In this document: piece after piece, positions 50,933 to 60,898 of the stretch | Layout of the letters: the number at the start of each line of letters is the position of its first letter | Position numbering within the stretch: the stretch's first letter is position 1 | The notes under the pieces: generated by a model | Databases searched by the model: none | The model's input: only the letters and a program-made list of their open reading frames with translations | What the model was told of the DNA's origin: nothing | Made by a program: the position numbers and the translations under genes | Virus record (IMG/VR): IMGVR_UViG_3300028299_000132 | Span: 1-64,000 of that record | Length of the DNA: 64,000 bases | Direction: 5' to 3' (one strand) | Origin: a virus

Positions 50933-51261
50933 GATGTCTAATAGACGAGATGGATCAACACTTTGTTGAAGAATATGAAGATATCATAAAATATAAATTT
51001 AATATAGAGAAAATATTGGATCAAATGGGATTTGATTCGTTCATCTCATACAATGATTTCTGTATAAGAATAAGAAAAAATATTATAGAAAAAATAGATA
51101 AGGAAAATATAAATAAACTAGACAGTACGATTTTTTCTGGAGTTTTAAACAAAGTTTTAAGAGATAAAATGAGGGAAGATAAAGAATATGAGAAAAAACT
51201 TGTATCATATTTTAATGATTTTGACCTAATAAATACTATAAATAACATAGATAAGAGTTAG
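50929..51261 (+). CDS. Hypothetical protein
   Basis: ATGA overlap with the upstream gene. Confidence 0.55.
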   Translation: MRCLIDEMDQHFVEEYEDIIKYKFNIEKILDQMGFDSFISYNDFCIRIRKNIIEKIDKENINKLDSTIFSGVLNKVLRDKMREDKEYEKKLVSYFNDFDLINTINNIDKS

Positions 51262-51397
51262 AAAAATTACTATATATTTTTGTGATTATTTTAAAACTTT
51301 TTTATTTTTTAATAATACAATAACAAGTCAATTCTAAGCTTAAATAGATTTGAATTAATGAAAGCTTACCTTTCATCAAAAAACAATTAAAGTCCTT

Positions 51398-52363
51398 ATG
51401 GAAAAAAATTATTTAGACGACAGCTTTTTGTTTGAAACAACAGAAGAGTCACAACAACAAGAACTTTCTTTTTTAGATAAAGAAAGAAGAAATCAAGATG
51501 GTATTTATCGTCCAACGTTAGATCAAGCGAAAGACGCTAAAGAGGGTTACAAATCCACAATCAGATTTATCAGAAACATCTCAAGAGATGGTAGAATCGG
51601 CCCAGCGGCTATTGAAAAACATATTCATTATGTTGATCTTCCAAATCACGCTGATGTTAGAGGTTACTATGAATGTGGTAAAAATTTATCACCAAAATGT
51701 GATCTTTGCACATTTTACTGGAAGCTCGCGAAATCTAACAACCAAGCGGATGTTGAAAAAGCAGATCTTATTGGCAGAACAACCAAATATTACAGTTATG
51801 TAATGATTTTAGAAGACGAACAACAACTAGAATTAGTTGGAAAAATTATGATTTTTTCTTATGGATATCAAATCAAAGAAAAAATTGAAGCGGAAAGAAA
51901 AGGTGAAGTAGAAGAAAAATGTAACATTTTTGATTTTGTCACTGGTAAAGATTTCAGACTTATTATTAAAGAAAAGACAAGAAGAAATAATAAGGCTGTA
52001 CCAACTTACGAATTTAGTCAATTTAGATCAGAATCACCTATTAAAATCTACAACGAAAAAACACAGAAATTTGTTGAAGCGAAAGTAGATGACGAAGGTA
52101 AAATTTCTGATGTTAAATGGCAACAAAAAATCAAGGAAACTATTCTTGGTAGAGACGAAAACGTTAATATTGAAGATCATGAACCACAACCTTGGGATGA
52201 TGAAACTCAAAATAAAGTAGAAAAAGTTATTTCTATTTTATCGGGTGAAGATATTGACTTCGCGGAAGAATCTATCCGTGTAGCTGAAAAATCACCATCC
52301 ACATTTGATGAAGATAGTGGTGACGATACAGTTGATGATTTCTTTGATTTTGATGATAATTAA
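51398..52363 (+). CDS. Single-stranded DNA-binding protein (T4 gp32-like)
   Basis: IRFI, H...C...CDLC Zn motif, GKIMIFSYG, FDFVTGKDFRL and acidic tail DDFFDFDDN. Confidence 0.85.
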   Translation: MEKNYLDDSFLFETTEESQQQELSFLDKERRNQDGIYRPTLDQAKDAKEGYKSTIRFIRNISRDGRIGPAAIEKHIHYVDLPNHADVRGYYECGKNLSPKCDLCTFYWKLAKSNNQADVEKADLIGRTTKYYSYVMILEDEQQLELVGKIMIFSYGYQIKEKIEAERKGEVEEKCNIFDFVTGKDFRLIIKEKTRRNNKAVPTYEFSQFRSESPIKIYNEKTQKFVEAKVDDEGKISDVKWQQKIKETILGRDENVNIEDHEPQPWDDETQNKVEKVISILSGEDIDFAEESIRVAEKSPSTFDEDSGDDTVDDFFDFDDN

Positions 52364-52415
52364 TTGATATTCAATAGATTATCAAATGTTTCATAATCTT
52401 TGTTAATGATAAACA

Positions 52416-52453
52416 AAAAGAAAAATCCACTAGAAATGGTGGATTTTTCTTTT
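52416..52453. terminator. Bidirectional terminator
   Basis: AAAAGAAAAATCCAC-N8-GTGGATTTTTCTTTT between convergent genes. Confidence 0.8.
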
Positions 52454-52468
52454 ATTAGATTTAAAATA

Positions 52469-53296
52469 TTAACTCTTATTTCTTTTCAGATAATCTATTT
52501 CTCGTTTTGTTAAGGATTTCATTCCAGAATCATTTATTTTGTCTAGAATATCATCCATTGATAATGGTTTTTCAATTTTAACACCATTTCTATGGTGTGT
52601 TTGTTTTACAACTTTTTTCTTCCTTTTAATAAACCCAGCAAAGAAATCAACTATTTTATCCATAAATGAATTGATATAAACTCCTTTTCTGTAGTATAAT
52701 CCAAAGATTAATCCATATAAAATACCACACAAATGACATATCGCTGATCCATCAAGTGTTAAAATTTGAATTAAAATAAAAAATAGTACAATCCATTTTA
52801 ATTTTATTGGTATAAAGAAATATAAACGAATTTCCATATTTGGTTTAATAATACCGATAGCGGTTAAAAGAGCGAATATAACCGCTGACGCACCGACACC
52901 ATACAATCCCATTGGGAAAATGTTCATAAATATGACAATTAAAATACCAGCGAATATAGAACTAGTTAGATAAAATGATAGTAATTTTCTATCATCCTCA
53001 ATTATGTTACAAAACATCATACTAGTAAAAAAGAAGAATATCATATTCATTATGAAGTGCATAAATCCAGCGTGTAGAAAACTATAGGTTATTAAACTCC
53101 ATGGTGTTATTAACATCATCATTATATCTCTTTTTAGATAGAATAAATCTTTGAATATATTTGTTGATTCAATGACATTACAACTAGATGACGCGGTTCC
53201 AATAATCGCCATTACAATAGCGGTTATAACAAATCCAATAAGATTAGTTATTAGAATACCATTTAAGTACTTATTATTAAGCATATTGTTAAACAT
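52469..53296 (-). CDS. Rhomboid intramembrane serine protease (Bacteroidota type)
   Basis: PWSLITYSFLHAGFMHFIMNM, GASA (catalytic Ser), CHLCG (catalytic His) and C-terminal DDILDKINDSGMKSLT. Confidence 0.88.
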   Translation of the reverse strand: MFNNMLNNKYLNGILITNLIGFVITAIVMAIIGTASSSCNVIESTNIFKDLFYLKRDIMMMLITPWSLITYSFLHAGFMHFIMNMIFFFFTSMMFCNIIEDDRKLLSFYLTSSIFAGILIVIFMNIFPMGLYGVGASAVIFALLTAIGIIKPNMEIRLYFFIPIKLKWIVLFFILIQILTLDGSAICHLCGILYGLIFGLYYRKGVYINSFMDKIVDFFAGFIKRKKKVVKQTHHRNGVKIEKPLSMDDILDKINDSGMKSLTKREIDYLKRNKS

Positions 53297-53420
53297 TTCT
53301 TGTTGTTTTTTATGATGATATTAAATAAATCTTTTTATTTATTAATTTCGTTTTCTCAAATATAAGAATAAAAACAAAAACTAAAAAATAAAAATGGAAT
53401 TTTTCATTACATTTATTATA

Positions 53421-54663
53421 TGAACTACTACAACACTAAAGATGTTGTAGTTTCTAGAACTTAAACAAGTTCCTTCTCTTTCAACGCTTCAACGCCTGTG
53501 CCATCAAATGATGGTCTTATTTTGGCTCTGCGTTTGTAATCGGATGTTCCACCCGATATATTTTTTCTACATCCTTCATTGAGAATGTTGATTGCTGCAT
53601 TTATATCTCTATCAAGAATTTCGCCACACTCTTTACAAGTCCAAGTTCTATCTTTTAATGTTAAAGAACTATTGATATAACCACATTTAGAACAGGTTTT
53701 ACTTGAAGGAAAAAACCTATCTATATGTACGATTTCTTTATCATTCCATTCTGCTTTGTATGTTAAAATATCAATGAATTTACCCCAACTAACATCACCA
53801 ATGGATTTTGCTAATTTATGGTTTTTCATCATTCCTTTTACATTCAAATCTTCAAGATAGATTTTATCAAATTGATTTACAAGGTTTAATGTAGTTTTAT
53901 GAATTAAATCCATTCTTGAATTGGTTATTTTTTCGTGGATTTTTGATACTTTAACTCTTTTCTTTTCATAATGGTTACTACCTTTTATTTTTCTTGATAG
54001 ATGTTTTTGATTTTTGGATAAAAGTCTTTCATAGTGTTTAAGAAATCTATGGTTCTTGATTTTCGTTCCATTAGATAACACTAAAAAATCTTTTATTCCT
54101 AAATCTATTCCTACTGAATTTCCAGTTTTAACTGATGGAGTATATTCCTTTTCAGTTAGAATTGAAACAAAATACTTTCCAGTAGGGGTTTTACTTAATG
54201 TTGCTTTTTTTATTTTTCCTTTAATCTCTCGTTCCATTATCATTTTTATTCCATCATTAAATTTAGGAAAGTATATTTTATTTTCCTCATTTTTAACATG
54301 TTGTGGTACGGTAAATGAATTTCTTGATTTTTTTGACTTAAAACGAGGAAATTGAGTTCTTTTATTAAAGAAATTTTGATATGACATTTCCAAACATTTT
54401 AATGAATACTGGAGTGTTTGTGAATTAATTTCTTTCAACCATTCAGTTTTTTCATTCTTTTTTAATTTAGTTAAATAACCTGATTGTTTATTATAAGTAA
54501 TTGATTTTTTGTTATTTAAGTATTCTTCTTTTCTTTGGTTAAGGAAGTAATTATACACATATCTAACTGAACCAAAATGTTTATTTAAAAGAACTTCTTG
54601 TTCTTTTGTTGGGTTCAATCTAAATTTGTATGTATATTTAATTTCTTTCATATAATTATTCAA
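53421..54663 (-). mobile_element. IS200/IS605-family element carrying tnpB only, with right-end hairpin
   Basis: tnpB followed by CTACAACA..TGTTGTAG hairpin ending GTAGTTCA on the minus strand; no tnpA seen; left end not located. Confidence 0.75.
53461..54663 (-). CDS. tnpB: RNA-guided endonuclease TnpB
   Basis: YKFRLNPT HTH, RuvC motifs GIDLG / LEDL / DRDINAA, and CSKC..CKEC Zn finger. Confidence 0.95.
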   Translation of the reverse strand: MNNYMKEIKYTYKFRLNPTKEQEVLLNKHFGSVRYVYNYFLNQRKEEYLNNKKSITYNKQSGYLTKLKKNEKTEWLKEINSQTLQYSLKCLEMSYQNFFNKRTQFPRFKSKKSRNSFTVPQHVKNEENKIYFPKFNDGIKMIMEREIKGKIKKATLSKTPTGKYFVSILTEKEYTPSVKTGNSVGIDLGIKDFLVLSNGTKIKNHRFLKHYERLLSKNQKHLSRKIKGSNHYEKKRVKVSKIHEKITNSRMDLIHKTTLNLVNQFDKIYLEDLNVKGMMKNHKLAKSIGDVSWGKFIDILTYKAEWNDKEIVHIDRFFPSSKTCSKCGYINSSLTLKDRTWTCKECGEILDRDINAAINILNEGCRKNISGGTSDYKRRAKIRPSFDGTGVEALKEKELV

Positions 54664-54762
54664 AACTAATTTCTTTTGTATAACTATATATAATTAAAAA
54701 ATAATGAATTTTTTCCATCGTGGTTTTATTGGTGTGGTCTTTATAAAAAAAATTAAATAAAA

Positions 54763-54972
54763 ATGATAACACTTTCATCGGGATATAGACCATTATTTAG
54801 AGACTAGATAAATACTTTTTGTTCTAATAATGATATCATAATTACATATAAAAGTAATCTTGGTAATGGTAGATATGATGATTTTTATAATTTTTATGGT
54901 GATGTACATAATATTGACAAATTGGAAAAATATGTTAATCAACTTGAAGAGAAAAGAAAAAAACAAAAATGA
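54763..54972 (+). pseudogene. Small ORF interrupted by one in-frame TAG
   Basis: ATG at 54763, TAG at 54805-54807; the frame stays open to a TGA overlapping the next ATG. Confidence 0.45.
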
Positions 54973-55259
54973 ATTTAACACCCTTTGACACCGAAAACGA
55001 AACAGTATCTTTTAGTGATTATAATGTAAAAAAACTGAAAGATAAACTAACAAAAGAATTATCAAGTTATCCATTTGAAACAGAAAAATCTATAAAATCA
55101 ATAATATCAGATATATGTTATGATTTTGTTGAAAGTAGGAGAATATACGATTACAGAATTTGTACAAATAGTGGTGATGGAATATTAACGACTGATGTTT
55201 ATGTAAGAGAGAAAAAAACTTCTGAGGTATTAGATATAAAAATAAATATAAAAGAATGA
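54969..55259 (+). CDS. Hypothetical protein
   Basis: ORF in an overlapping run. Confidence 0.6.
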   Translation: MNLTPFDTENETVSFSDYNVKKLKDKLTKELSSYPFETEKSIKSIISDICYDFVESRRIYDYRICTNSGDGILTTDVYVREKKTSEVLDIKINIKE

Positions 55260-55531
55260 AACACATAACAAGAGAAGAAGCTAAAAATAATGTAAAAACA
55301 GTTTTGGGTATAAAAGATAAAAGTAGAACCGAAACATATGATAGAATAATGGATGAAATATATGAGTTGATAGAAAAATCATCACTGAGAGGTTTAGATT
55401 TTTGTAGATATTATTTTGATAATGATGAGGAGAAGGAGATTATTGATGATATTATTTTGACTCTAAAAGATGATGGGTTTGGTTATGGAATTGATTATAA
55501 TCTGAAAAAATTAGATGTACGCTGGAAATAA
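55256..55531 (+). CDS. Hypothetical protein
   Basis: ORF in an overlapping run. Confidence 0.6.
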   Translation: MKHITREEAKNNVKTVLGIKDKSRTETYDRIMDEIYELIEKSSLRGLDFCRYYFDNDEEKEIIDDIILTLKDDGFGYGIDYNLKKLDVRWK

Positions 55532-55914
55532 TGGATTTTAAAGATATAGTAAATAGTATTTTTATAAATAGGAGTAGATATTCTAAGATTTCTGATGAAG
55601 ATAAAGAAAAGAATTTTTTTATTATAAACAGAAAATTTTCAAGAAATTATCCAAAAGTAGCACAATTTTTTAACAATAAATCAATCAATAAGTGTGACGC
55701 GGTGGATCGTTGGTTTATGTTATTTGAAAATGAAAGAAGAATACCTCAATGGTATTGGGGAAATAGAAATAAAAAACAAAAGTCTAATAATTTATCAAAC
55801 AATCAGATATTATTAATGATGGAAAAATTGGAATTACCAGAAAATGATGTTCTATTCTTGAATAAGTACTATAAAGAAGATTTAGATAAAGAGATAAAAA
55901 GATACAAAAATTAA
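55531..55914 (+). CDS. Possible clamp-loader small subunit (gp62-like)
   Basis: F..IVNSIF...FFIINRKFS...W.W pattern and size resemble gp62. Confidence 0.45.
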   Translation: MDFKDIVNSIFINRSRYSKISDEDKEKNFFIINRKFSRNYPKVAQFFNNKSINKCDAVDRWFMLFENERRIPQWYWGNRNKKQKSNNLSNNQILLMMEKLELPENDVLFLNKYYKEDLDKEIKRYKN

Positions 55915-56252
55915 TTTATATTTCTTCTAAGTTTTTTAATTTTTTCTGTTGCCCCTAGATTGATTAAATCAATCATTTTTTCTTCTTTTTCTTTTTTGAT
56001 ATTCATCTCTTCTTCCCATTCTTCATCATCCAATCTAGGTCTTAATAATTTATAATATTTTTCTTTTGGAATTGGTTTAACTTTATTTGAACCACAATAT
56101 TTACAATGGTGTGTTTCTTCATTAAACAGATTATATAACGCGTTACAATCTGGACAATGATAATAGGTTGTTAACACATCTGATGTTGTCATTGGTAGAT
56201 ATTCAGTTCCTTTTGGTTGTTCCGCGTATTCGTTAAATCTTTTTAATTTCAT
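55911..56252 (-). CDS. Zn-ribbon protein with leader MKLKRFNEY
   Basis: CPDC...CKYC. Confidence 0.65.
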   Translation of the reverse strand: MKLKRFNEYAEQPKGTEYLPMTTSDVLTTYYHCPDCNALYNLFNEETHHCKYCGSNKVKPIPKEKYYKLLRPRLDDEEWEEEMNIKKEKEEKMIDLINLGATEKIKKLRRNIN

Positions 56253-56266
56253 ATTTCTTTATTTTT

Positions 56267-57265
56267 TTAATACACATCATCCAACGCCGCCCAAACTTTG
56301 GTTAATTTCTTTTTCAATACTTTTCCAGCGTGTCTTATGTAGTTTTGATATTTTATCATTTCAAATTCTAATTCTTTATCCGATAATAATTCAAATTCCT
56401 TTTGTTTATTTTTATTAACCATTTTTTTAATAAATCCGAATTTTCTTAGTAGTGGTTCATTTTCTGTTATTTCTTTATTGGTTCTTTGTTTTGTTATAAA
56501 TTTTAGATATTTAAATAAATAACTAAGAAATTCTTTATCTTCCTGTGTCATATCTAGAAATAATTTATGCATATCAAAATCTTCCATCATGATTGCAATA
56601 TTATAAATATTCCTAGTTCTAAGAGTTTTAACAAAATAATCTCTTTTCCATTTATCTATTAATCTTTTTTGTTCGTCTGTAAATTCACCTTTTATATTAT
56701 TCTTTTTTCTGAAGTCATTTATATATTTTTCCATTAATCCTTTTATCTGACCATAAAACTGAACAACATTTGAATTTACCTCAGTATCAGACGCTCTATA
56801 AAGAAGATATTGAAACATTTGTATATTTCCTTTTTTGAATTCGGTATCGCTATTTAATAGTCTTTCTGATGATCCAGTTATAACATTTCCTTTCATATCC
56901 ATTCTTTTACCCAATTTTGTAAACTGTAACGCGTGATTAAGTTCGTGATATATTACACTTTTTTTAAGAGTTCCTAACAATAAATATATTTCAGAGTTTC
57001 CAGATTTGAATTTTTTACTTTTACCCGTATGAAGAGCCGCAAGATTTACTCTACCTTCATCCGCTAATTTTTCATCAACATCTACTGGATCATAAACAAT
57101 AGTTATTTTATTTATATTTAAGTTTCCTGGTATTACATCTCTATGAAATTCATATGTACCTTTACCTTTACCTTGTTTATGTATCATATCTGATATAAAA
57201 TCTGATATATCAACAACATCCTGATTTACACCAACTCTTTCATTTAGATAATATAAATATTTCAT
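56267..57265 (-). CDS. HExxH-motif protein (possible metallopeptidase) with leader MKYLYYLNE
   Basis: VIYHELNHALQ; the start at 57265 follows the promoter-like motif. Confidence 0.6.
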   Translation of the reverse strand: MKYLYYLNERVGVNQDVVDISDFISDMIHKQGKGKGTYEFHRDVIPGNLNINKITIVYDPVDVDEKLADEGRVNLAALHTGKSKKFKSGNSEIYLLLGTLKKSVIYHELNHALQFTKLGKRMDMKGNVITGSSERLLNSDTEFKKGNIQMFQYLLYRASDTEVNSNVVQFYGQIKGLMEKYINDFRKKNNIKGEFTDEQKRLIDKWKRDYFVKTLRTRNIYNIAIMMEDFDMHKLFLDMTQEDKEFLSYLFKYLKFITKQRTNKEITENEPLLRKFGFIKKMVNKNKQKEFELLSDKELEFEMIKYQNYIRHAGKVLKKKLTKVWAALDDVY

Positions 57266-57383
57266 AACTCTATATATAAAAAAATCATATATGATTTTTT
57301 TTATTCTAGTTGGAATAAAATCCCCCATTTTTTTAAAACATTATGAATAAATATTCATATAAAAAATAAAAAAATTATACAAA

Positions 57384-57620
57384 ATGGAAATATTAAGACC
57401 TCTAGATGTAGAAAAAGTAATACCCGAGAATATTGAAAAGAAAAAGAAATCGGATGAAAAATCAAAAATTGAAACTATTAAACTTATAGAAATTAGATTA
57501 TCCGAATCTATAAAAAAGAAAATTAAGATACCACTATCTAATATAAATAGGAATGTTGTTAGAAATATTGTTAAAGTGTATAGAAAAAATGGATGGTCTG
57601 TAAAATATAGTGATGAATGA
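57384..57620 (+). CDS. Hypothetical protein
   Basis: ORF only. Confidence 0.5.
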   Translation: MEILRPLDVEKVIPENIEKKKKSDEKSKIETIKLIEIRLSESIKKKIKIPLSNINRNVVRNIVKVYRKNGWSVKYSDE

Positions 57621-57812
57621 TCATTTAGATGGATGCTTACATTTAGAACAAAAAGAGGAATATTTAATATTTTTTAAAAAATAAAAAAATAAAATGGGAC
57701 AATCAATAAAAAAAAGACAATCAAAAAGATATAGTAAAAATCGTTCTAATAAAGTAAAAAATAGAAAATTAATTGAAAATAATATAGAAGTATTAAAAAA
57801 ATTAGAAATAAA

Positions 57813-58787
57813 ATGATTAAATGTGAATTGAGTTTTGATATTACGGATGAAATTGAAATAAATATAAAATGTTTTGATGAATCTGATGTGGAAAAATTAT
57901 TTATATTGGAAATATTTGATCTAGATACTAATCTTCGCGTCTTTAATAAGGAGTATTCTATTAAAAAATTTATACATATATGGTGTACATTAGGCCATGG
58001 GATTAAACATTATTATCCATCCTTTCGTGAATTTATTAATGGATACAGAATAAAATTAACCAATTTAGCAACAAATGAAATAGAATTTGATGATGTATTA
58101 TTAACAAAACAATATAGTAGGACGAAGTTTATAGATAAGAACAATTTATTATCCAATAAAGAAGTACAAATGATATATCAAAATTTTATAAATTTTTTTA
58201 AATTATTAAAAAATAACTGTTTAAATATTAAAGATGATGATATTATTGTTGATCTTGGTAGTTCTATTGGATTATTTACAGCGTACGCATTGGAACAGAG
58301 TCCAAATATAAAATCAATAAATGTTGAAATGAATTCAATATTTCATAATATTTGTTCTGATACATTCAAGGATAATAAAAATATAATTCCAATTAATAAA
58401 GCGATTTATAAGAATTCAAATGAAACTATTGATATGTATTCGGATGTAGAGAATTTTTCTAGTTTCTCATCTAATATAGTTAATAATAGCACATTTGTAA
58501 AAAAGATACCAACTATATCTCTAGAAGATATAATAAATAAATACAATTTGGATAGAATATCTTTATTAAAAGTTGATATAGAGGGATATGAATATGAATT
58601 ATTTGAAAATTTAGATGATAACATTTTATCAAAAATAGATAAGATACATCTAGAGTTTCATAAAACAAAAGATAATAATGATAGATTAATTTTAATAAAT
58701 AGATTATTAAAATATGGATTTAAGATAAATAATTCTATTGAATCGGATACACTAGATGATAATAATATGTGGAATTTTAATAGGTAA
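57813..58787 (+). CDS. FkbM-family methyltransferase
   Basis: IVDLGSSIG, LLKVDIEGYE and LEFH motifs. Confidence 0.85.
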   Translation: MIKCELSFDITDEIEINIKCFDESDVEKLFILEIFDLDTNLRVFNKEYSIKKFIHIWCTLGHGIKHYYPSFREFINGYRIKLTNLATNEIEFDDVLLTKQYSRTKFIDKNNLLSNKEVQMIYQNFINFFKLLKNNCLNIKDDDIIVDLGSSIGLFTAYALEQSPNIKSINVEMNSIFHNICSDTFKDNKNIIPINKAIYKNSNETIDMYSDVENFSSFSSNIVNNSTFVKKIPTISLEDIINKYNLDRISLLKVDIEGYEYELFENLDDNILSKIDKIHLEFHKTKDNNDRLILINRLLKYGFKINNSIESDTLDDNNMWNFNR

Positions 58788-58829
58788 TATGTTCACATTA
58801 TTTTTTGTAAATAAAAAAAATTAAAAAAA

Positions 58830-59774
58830 ATGAATAAAAATAGCATAATATATGTCGCTGGACATAAGGGAATGGTTGGTAATGAAATATATCAAACACT
58901 TGTTAATCAAGGATATACAAATATTGTAACAAAATCATTTGAAGAATTGGATTTACGAAAACAAGATTATGTTGAACATTTTTTTATAAAGGAAAGACTA
59001 GAATATGTATTTATCGCGGCGGCGAAAGTTGGTGGTATAATCGCTAATTCAACATATCCCGCAGAATTTTTGTATGATAATATAATGATTCAGACAAATA
59101 TAATACATTGTGCGTATAAATATGGGGTTAAAAAGTTGGTTTTCCTTGGATCTAGTTGCATTTACCCAAAGATGTGTCCACAACCAATTAAAGAAGAATA
59201 TCTGTTATCAGGATATTTAGAACCAACCAACGACGCGTACGCGATAGCGAAAATTTCTGGTATAATGATGTGTAATAAATATAATAAACAATATGGAACA
59301 AAATTTATCTCATTAATGCCTACTAATCTATATGGTAGTATTAATGATAATTATGATTTGGAAAAATCTCATGTTCTTCCAGCGATGATTCGTAAATTTC
59401 ACGAAGCTAAAAAACAAGATAAACCATTTATGGAATTGTGGGGAACAGGAAGTCCAATGAGAGAGTTTCTTCATGTTCGTGATATGGCGGAATCCGCGGT
59501 ATATTGTATGTTGAATTATGAAGATTACTCTGAACATGTTAATATCGGAACAGGTGTTGATGTAACAATAAAACAAGTCGCTGGAATAGTTAAAGATATA
59601 GTTGGATATGAAGGTGAAATAAGATGGGACACAACAAAACCAGATGGTACACCTAGAAAACTATTAGATGTTTCAAAAATAAATAATATGGGATGGAAAC
59701 ATACAATAGATATAGAAGATGGTATTAAAATGACTTATAAGGAATTGTTGGAAAAACATAAATTATTTAATTAA
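58830..59774 (+). CDS. fcl: GDP-L-fucose synthase
   Basis: AGHKGMVG, AAKVGGI, LGSSCIYP, YAIAK, PTNLYG, WGTGSPMREFL and DGTPRK motifs. Confidence 0.96.
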   Translation: MNKNSIIYVAGHKGMVGNEIYQTLVNQGYTNIVTKSFEELDLRKQDYVEHFFIKERLEYVFIAAAKVGGIIANSTYPAEFLYDNIMIQTNIIHCAYKYGVKKLVFLGSSCIYPKMCPQPIKEEYLLSGYLEPTNDAYAIAKISGIMMCNKYNKQYGTKFISLMPTNLYGSINDNYDLEKSHVLPAMIRKFHEAKKQDKPFMELWGTGSPMREFLHVRDMAESAVYCMLNYEDYSEHVNIGTGVDVTIKQVAGIVKDIVGYEGEIRWDTTKPDGTPRKLLDVSKINNMGWKHTIDIEDGIKMTYKELLEKHKLFN

Positions 59775-59831
59775 TAATATTCTATTTTTTCTTTTTTATC
59801 AAGAAGATAAAATTTGTTATTTACTTTGAGT

Positions 59832-60887
59832 TCAAAGTTTTATATTTTTTAGTTGTGGATCATATTCATAACTAAAATTATTATCTGCTTCATATTTTCT
59901 AATCATTCTAATCAATTTTTCTATTTTTGGATAGTTTTTGTATATTATTAAAACTTTATTAAGGTCTTTAGTCTTATTGGGATCAAATCTACCTCCTGTG
60001 GTTATTTCAGAACTATCCATAGTACTTTTTCTATGGAAGTCTATTATGTAATAGAAATCTGGATCTTTTAATATTTTTCTTATAACTTTTCTTCCATCAT
60101 ATGTAGATTCCTCATCTACTATTAAATATCCACAATGTTTTATAAACGATTTAAATACTTTATATCCAAATCCAATATTTTTTATCATACTTGAAAGATG
60201 TATAAATCCTTGCATATGTGCAGTAAATCTAATATGACCAAAATGTGACTTTTCATCTCTTTTACTCAAAAAGAAAAACCATTTATTTTTCTCATTTTCA
60301 ACTCCAACAGACGAGATTAATCCCAATCTTTCTATTTTATTCTCTAGATTTTTATTTTTCAATTTGAGAAAATATCTTTTATCTCCTGGATACCGCGTCC
60401 CTTTTCTTTCTATAAAATAAATATCCTCATCTGATATATTTTTCAGTTTATTAATAACATTATTTATTTCAAATCTTTTTATAAAATTAGGTTTATGGGT
60501 TGATCTTTTAAATATAGCACGATCTTTTATGTTACTTAAGAAAAAATTTGGATTGTCTTTGTACCACTCTTCTGTTATATTTTCTTTAATATATTGTATT
60601 TTTTCTCTTTCATCTAATAGATAGAATCTATTATCAACTTTTAATTCAAATTCTCCAATTTTATTCTTTTTAACATCTTGTAATATACCCTCAACATATT
60701 TTGACCACCAATCTACTTTAAACCTAACTTGTTTACCTATTAGTTGTTTAAGATTCAGATAGTTTTCTTCATGTTTTAATGACGAATTTGTAAAAGGATT
60801 ATCATATTCTAATGTTGTGTATGGTTCATATTCTTCCCAGTCCATATCATCAAAATCAATATCTTCAAATAATTTTATATATCTCAT
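59832..60887 (-). CDS. Hypothetical protein with leader MRYIKLFEDIDFDDMDWEE
   Basis: Shared leader plus acidic-aromatic motif. Confidence 0.7.
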   Translation of the reverse strand: MRYIKLFEDIDFDDMDWEEYEPYTTLEYDNPFTNSSLKHEENYLNLKQLIGKQVRFKVDWWSKYVEGILQDVKKNKIGEFELKVDNRFYLLDEREKIQYIKENITEEWYKDNPNFFLSNIKDRAIFKRSTHKPNFIKRFEINNVINKLKNISDEDIYFIERKGTRYPGDKRYFLKLKNKNLENKIERLGLISSVGVENEKNKWFFFLSKRDEKSHFGHIRFTAHMQGFIHLSSMIKNIGFGYKVFKSFIKHCGYLIVDEESTYDGRKVIRKILKDPDFYYIIDFHRKSTMDSSEITTGGRFDPNKTKDLNKVLIIYKNYPKIEKLIRMIRKYEADNNFSYEYDPQLKNIKL

Positions 60888-60898
60888 AGAGATATATA

